Positions 31,785 to 35,669 of a stretch of DNA of 35,669 bases are shown here, piece by piece. The position numbers and the translations under genes were made by a program. Source of the DNA: Octopus sinensis (Eukaryota); the NCBI RefSeq assembly GCF_006345805.1, contig NW_021833363.1, positions 1-35,669 on the forward strand, in the 5' to 3' direction. A model generated the notes under the pieces. It saw only the letters and a program-made list of their open reading frames with translations. It searched no databases and was not told the DNA's origin. Within the stretch, counting starts at the first letter, position 1, and every line of letters starts with the position of its first letter.

Positions 31785-31832
31785 TGTGCTGATGAGTGAT
31801 GACACATACTGAGGTAGAAACACAGGTCCACA
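31785..31832 (+). ncRNA. Hammerhead-like motif with disrupted stem II
   Basis: TGTG CTGATGA [21 nt, poorly paired] GAA AC-ACAG-GT C / CACA: core, stem III, GUC triplet and 4-bp stem I present. Confidence 0.4.
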
Positions 31833-31849
31833 ACTGTTCCCTTGACTTT

Positions 31850-31990
31850 AGAAAGGACGATAGAATAAGTATAAATCTAAAAAAAAAGTACTGGGATCGA
31901 TTTATTCGATTAAAAGTTCTTCAAGAGAATGCTCTTGCATGGCAGCAGTCTAATGACAGAAACAAGTAAAAGATAAAAGATAAAAAGATA
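31850..31990 (+). mobile_element. Old SINE family B 3' fragment
   Basis: GATAGAATAAGTA..GGGATCGATTTATTCGA..GAAACAAGTAAAAGATAAAAGATA. Confidence 0.65.
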
Positions 31991-32024
31991 TAATATATAA
32001 ATAATATAATATATATATCTCTAT

Positions 32025-32065
<41 letters not shown>

Positions 32066-32082
32066 ATGTGTGGTGTGTGTGT

Positions 32083-32120
<38 letters not shown>

Positions 32121-32171
32121 AGTGTGTGAGTGTGTGTGTGTATAAATATATATAGAAATACATTATATATA

Positions 32172-32315
32172 TGTAAATATAATATGTGACAATTATTCGG
32201 TAGCCATGATAAAACTCCAAGTTTTACCGAATAATTGTCACATATTACAGATAAATTCCTCTATTTACATAATATCGAAGTCTCTTTCATTCTTTTGTTG
32301 TCTTACCATTTTTAT

Positions 32316-32320
<5 letters not shown>
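32172..32320. mobile_element. Repeat copy with head-to-head inverted duplication forming a perfect 23-bp hairpin
   Basis: Arms 32180-32202 and 32225-32247 are exact reverse complements; 22-nt loop; homologous to 24326-24457. Confidence 0.75.
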
Positions 32321-32346
<26 letters not shown>

Positions 32347-32451
32347 GGGCAAAATTATAATAAAAGGTAAAATCAATAATAATTTTACCAGGTGGTCAGT
32401 GCTGAAATAAAAACCTCAGAGGTAAATTTTACAAAATATTTTATGATGATA

Positions 32452-33017
32452 TTGGGTTGTCCGGAAAGTTCGTGTCGATTTTTAAAGGAAAGAAAAAGGT
32501 CAATAAATACTTGTCATTACATTTTTAATAAGCCAAATATGAACCATTTTGTTGCACAATGCTTCTTCATCTTTCCTTTAACTTGAAAATACCCTCTTCC
32601 CAAAACTGAGGTGGTTTCATGGCAAAGAATTCATCAAGGTATCTTTTTACGTCATCCAAGGAATTGAAATTTTTACCATTAAGACTATACTGCAGAGACC
32701 TGAATAAGTGGAAATCCGAAGGAGCAATATCTGGTGAATATGGAAGGTGGGGTAACACATCCCAGCCGAGCTGCAGCAATTTTTGTGTGGTTCCCAAAGC
32801 AACAAGTACCGAATATGAACTTTCTTATCTTCCATTTTAAAGGGTTACAAAATTAACACAGGTTATAGAAACATAAATCTTCTTCCATGAAAAGATAGCT
32901 TAAACTGTGCTCTAAATGGAGGTGTAGTCAAATCCTATATTATGGACTCAACTACGTGCTAAAATAAGTCGAAAGGTAAGCTACTATAAATCGGTACGTA
33001 CTTTCCGGACAACCCAA
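32452..33017 (-). mobile_element. Internally deleted mariner element, 566 bp, with both TIRs and TA TSDs
   Basis: TIRs TTGGGTTGTCCGGAAAGTTCGTGTCGATTT / TTGGGTTGTCCGGAAAGTACGTACCGATTT; TA at 32450-32451 and 33018-33019. N-terminus MEDKKVHIRYLLLWE (ATG 32835) is fused to C-terminus TQKLLQLGWDVLPHLPYSPDIAPSDFHLFRSLQ...KER*RSIVQQNGSYL. Confidence 0.92.
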
Positions 33018-33699
33018 TACATACAACATACATACATATATACATACATACGTATATGTGAACGAAGATACACATATACGTATGTATGTAAGTATGTATG
33101 TATTTTGTGTGTATGTGTGTATGCGTGTGTGTGTGTGTGTGCATGTATTTGTCTTTTATTTATCCCCCCACACAGCTTGGGAACCGGTGTTTGTTTTCTT
33201 ACGTCTCCGAATCCTAACGGTTCGGCAAGACCATCAGGAACCATTAGAAGCATGTATGTAACGATGTATGAATTAGAAAACAGAGAAGAATAAAAACTGG
33301 AAGAAGATTGAACAAAGCAGAATGGATAGCAGAGATGTTATGGATGGATGGTTTCGGTATATGGTAATATCATCAGATGCGTTGACGGCTGTCATTGTTG
33401 CATTGGAAACGGTAGAATTGGAAATTGAAGAAAGGGGAAAGAGGGGACCGTGGGAGTGTGGTTAAATGCAGGTGGGTAGTTTCAGGTTACCTCACTGTTC
33501 TCAGCCAACATTGAAGTAAATATATTGAGTTGATTTACGAGTATTGTCCTACAGCCGTGACTGTGGTGGTGGGTAATAGTAGTTTTTCTTAAGAAAATCA
33601 TAATTGATGGTGGTGGTTACATGGAAGGTCAGTTGTGGTATTGTGGTGGTACGGTTAGGTGGATATTGGTATGGTGGTGTCCAATTTGGTGGTGGTAAG

Positions 33700-33890
33700 T
33701 AAGTGTGTGCGCGATAGACAGGCGGTGTAGTTGGTGCAAGTAAGGTTGTTGGTAGTGGTGGTGACATGGTGGTGATAGCTACGGTGGTAGTTGTGGTGAT
33801 AGTTGTGCTGGTAGTAGTGGTGGTAGTTGTGATGGTAGTTGTGGTGGTAGTGATGGTTGTAGTTGTAGTGGTAGTAGTTGTAGCCACAGT
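33700..33890. repeat. (GGT/GTA/GTT)n low-complexity tract
   Basis: Direct reading; explains poly-Thr ORF 33549..33887. Confidence 0.9.
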
Positions 33891-33891
33891 G

Positions 33892-34034
33892 CGAAACTGG
33901 TACTTATTTAATCGACCCCGAAAGGATGAAAGGCAAAGTTGACCTCGGCGGAAATTGAACTCAGAATGTAGCGGTAGACGAAATACTGCTAAACATTTCG
34001 CCCGGCGTGCTAACGATTCTGCCAGCTCGCCGCC
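33892..34034 (-). mobile_element. SINE family A, 5' half
   Basis: Reverse complement GGCGGCGAGCTGGCAGAATCGTTAGC...GTACCAG. Confidence 0.85.
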
Positions 34035-34301
34035 TTAAAACAAGTAAAAGAATAAAAGAATATGTGTGTGTGTGTGTGTGTGTTGCGCGCGCGCTATATT
34101 GCAAGGATATAGATACCCTTTAAAAGGGTTGTTAGGACCCCAGATTCCCTGGTTTCATCTCACATATCGATGAAATACTTATGAGTCACGTTGTAATACT
34201 GGTGTTTATTATTTAATAATTGGCACAAATACTAAAAATATTACGGAGTCCAAGTTATATTTTAATAGATGTTTGTTTCTCTTCGATATATATATATAAT
34301 T

Positions 34302-34536
34302 GACTTAATCCGTTTGTCTGTCTTTGTTTGTCCTCTCTGTGTTTAGCCCCTTGTGGATAGTAAAGAAATAGGTATTTCGTTTGTTTTTACGTTCTGAGTT
34401 CAAATTTCGCCGAGGTCGACTTTGCCTTTCATCCTTTCGGGGTCGATAAATTAAGTACCAGTTGCGTACTGTGGTCGATCTAATCGACTGGCTCCCTCCT
34501 CCAAAATTTCAGGCCTTCTACCTAGAGTAGAAAAGA
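34302..34536 (+). mobile_element. SINE family A: 3' part of a 184-bp unit plus terminal unit
   Basis: Junction AAATAG|GTATTTC at 34371/34372; terminal tail CCTAGAGTAGAAAAGA. Confidence 0.87.
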
Positions 34537-34706
34537 TATATATGGGTATATTTTCGCCCCGAAGAAATATTTAGCTCGCAATTTACAAAATGCAATTTTA
34601 ATGAGTCGGATATTGAAAAAATTGTAGGCAAACGTAAATTGACAATATGTTAATAAATTGATGTTATCAGTTAAAACTCACTATTTTCTTCTTTGACATA
34701 TACTAG

Positions 34707-34737
<31 letters not shown>

Positions 34738-34739
34738 AT

Positions 34740-34780
<41 letters not shown>

Positions 34781-34791
34781 TATATATATAT

Positions 34792-34977
34792 TTAACCAAA
34801 CATGAACAAGAGAAAATACAACAACGCGAGGACGTGGAACAAGTATAGTTATTTGACGCTCAGGGAAGGAAAGAAAGAAGGAGAATTTAACGTTTCGAGC
34901 GGAGCTTTTCGTCAGAGGCATAGGAAAAGAAAAGGTCCAAGGAAGACGGATAAAGAAAATCGCCGACGATACACACG
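34792..34977 (-). mobile_element. Second copy of the ~200-bp hammerhead-bearing repeat (motif at 34885-34919)
   Basis: Homologous to 24509-24710; minus strand CTGACGA-A-AAGC-TCC-GCTC-GAAAC-GTT. Confidence 0.7.
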
Positions 34978-34980
34978 CCA

Positions 34981-35033
<53 letters not shown>

Positions 35034-35559
35034 CTCACGCACAAACACACACGCCCACATTCATATATATACGTGAGTGTGTGTGTGGTGTGTGTGTGTG
35101 TGTGTGTGTCTGTGTGTGTGTGTTTATTAAAGTATGACAATACGTAGTCTTATATATTATATAATATTCTCTCTATACTATTAACCCGTATACCACCCTC
35201 CAGGCATCCATCCCATCCATCCGTTCACTCGAATCTTTATACCCGATGTGGCTGAGTGTGTGTATACACGTGCTCGTCACCAAATACCTACCACCAAATA
35301 CCTACATTCACGTGCCTACCACCCGCCCAGCCCCTTCCTCCGTTCCCACCACTCCGCCGCCTGTCAAGCGAGGCAAACGCCAGGTCAGCCATGACTTCAA
35401 CGCAAATGGTGCGTGACAAGACACCATAGCCGTATAAGTAAGTCTTGCTCGTTTCTTTTCACCTTCTCTCCATCCATCCCCCTGCTTCTCTCTCTCTCTC
35501 TCTCTGGCTCTCACCCTCTCTTTTTATCTATCTGTTCGTCTACTTCTCTCTCTTCTCTC

Positions 35560-35596
<37 letters not shown>

Positions 35597-35616
35597 ATCT
35601 ATCTATCTATCATTTG

Positions 35617-35662
<46 letters not shown>

Positions 35663-35669
35663 ATCTATC
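35560..35669. repeat. (CTAT)n microsatellite running to the window end
   Basis: Direct reading. Confidence 0.95.

Noticed and set aside
33350-33380. Minus-strand CTGATGA...CGAAAC
   Set aside because: Stem II does not close and there is no NUH triplet or stem I downstream.

Overview
AT-rich eukaryotic, microsatellite-saturated non-coding DNA. The repeat families resemble those of coleoid cephalopods, probably Octopus; this is recalled from memory, not database-checked. No intact host protein-coding gene is supportable, and nearly all tracked ORFs are translations of simple repeats. The window is a transposon graveyard. It holds two tRNA-derived SINE families (about 25 copies or fragments), a decayed Penelope-like retroelement (RT thumb plus GIY-YIG endonuclease, ~6885-8720), two mariner and one Tc1 transposase remnants, a hAT MITE with a perfect 8-bp TSD, other MITEs, a non-autonomous Helitron, a CR1-like LINE 3' end and a ~950-bp tandem duplication. 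Two signals stand out. (1) Several type-I hammerhead ribozyme folds: one with an intact core in the Penelope 3' repeat (8625-8678); one with an extended bulged stem I inside a ~338-bp, ~1.4-mer tandem non-coding element (retrozyme-like, 17957-18442); a two-copy family whose consensus rebuilds a minimal hammerhead; and further decayed ones. (2) A SINE that builds 184-bp head-to-tail arrays with an invariant junction, apparently by repeatedly inserting into its own copies at GTAY sites.
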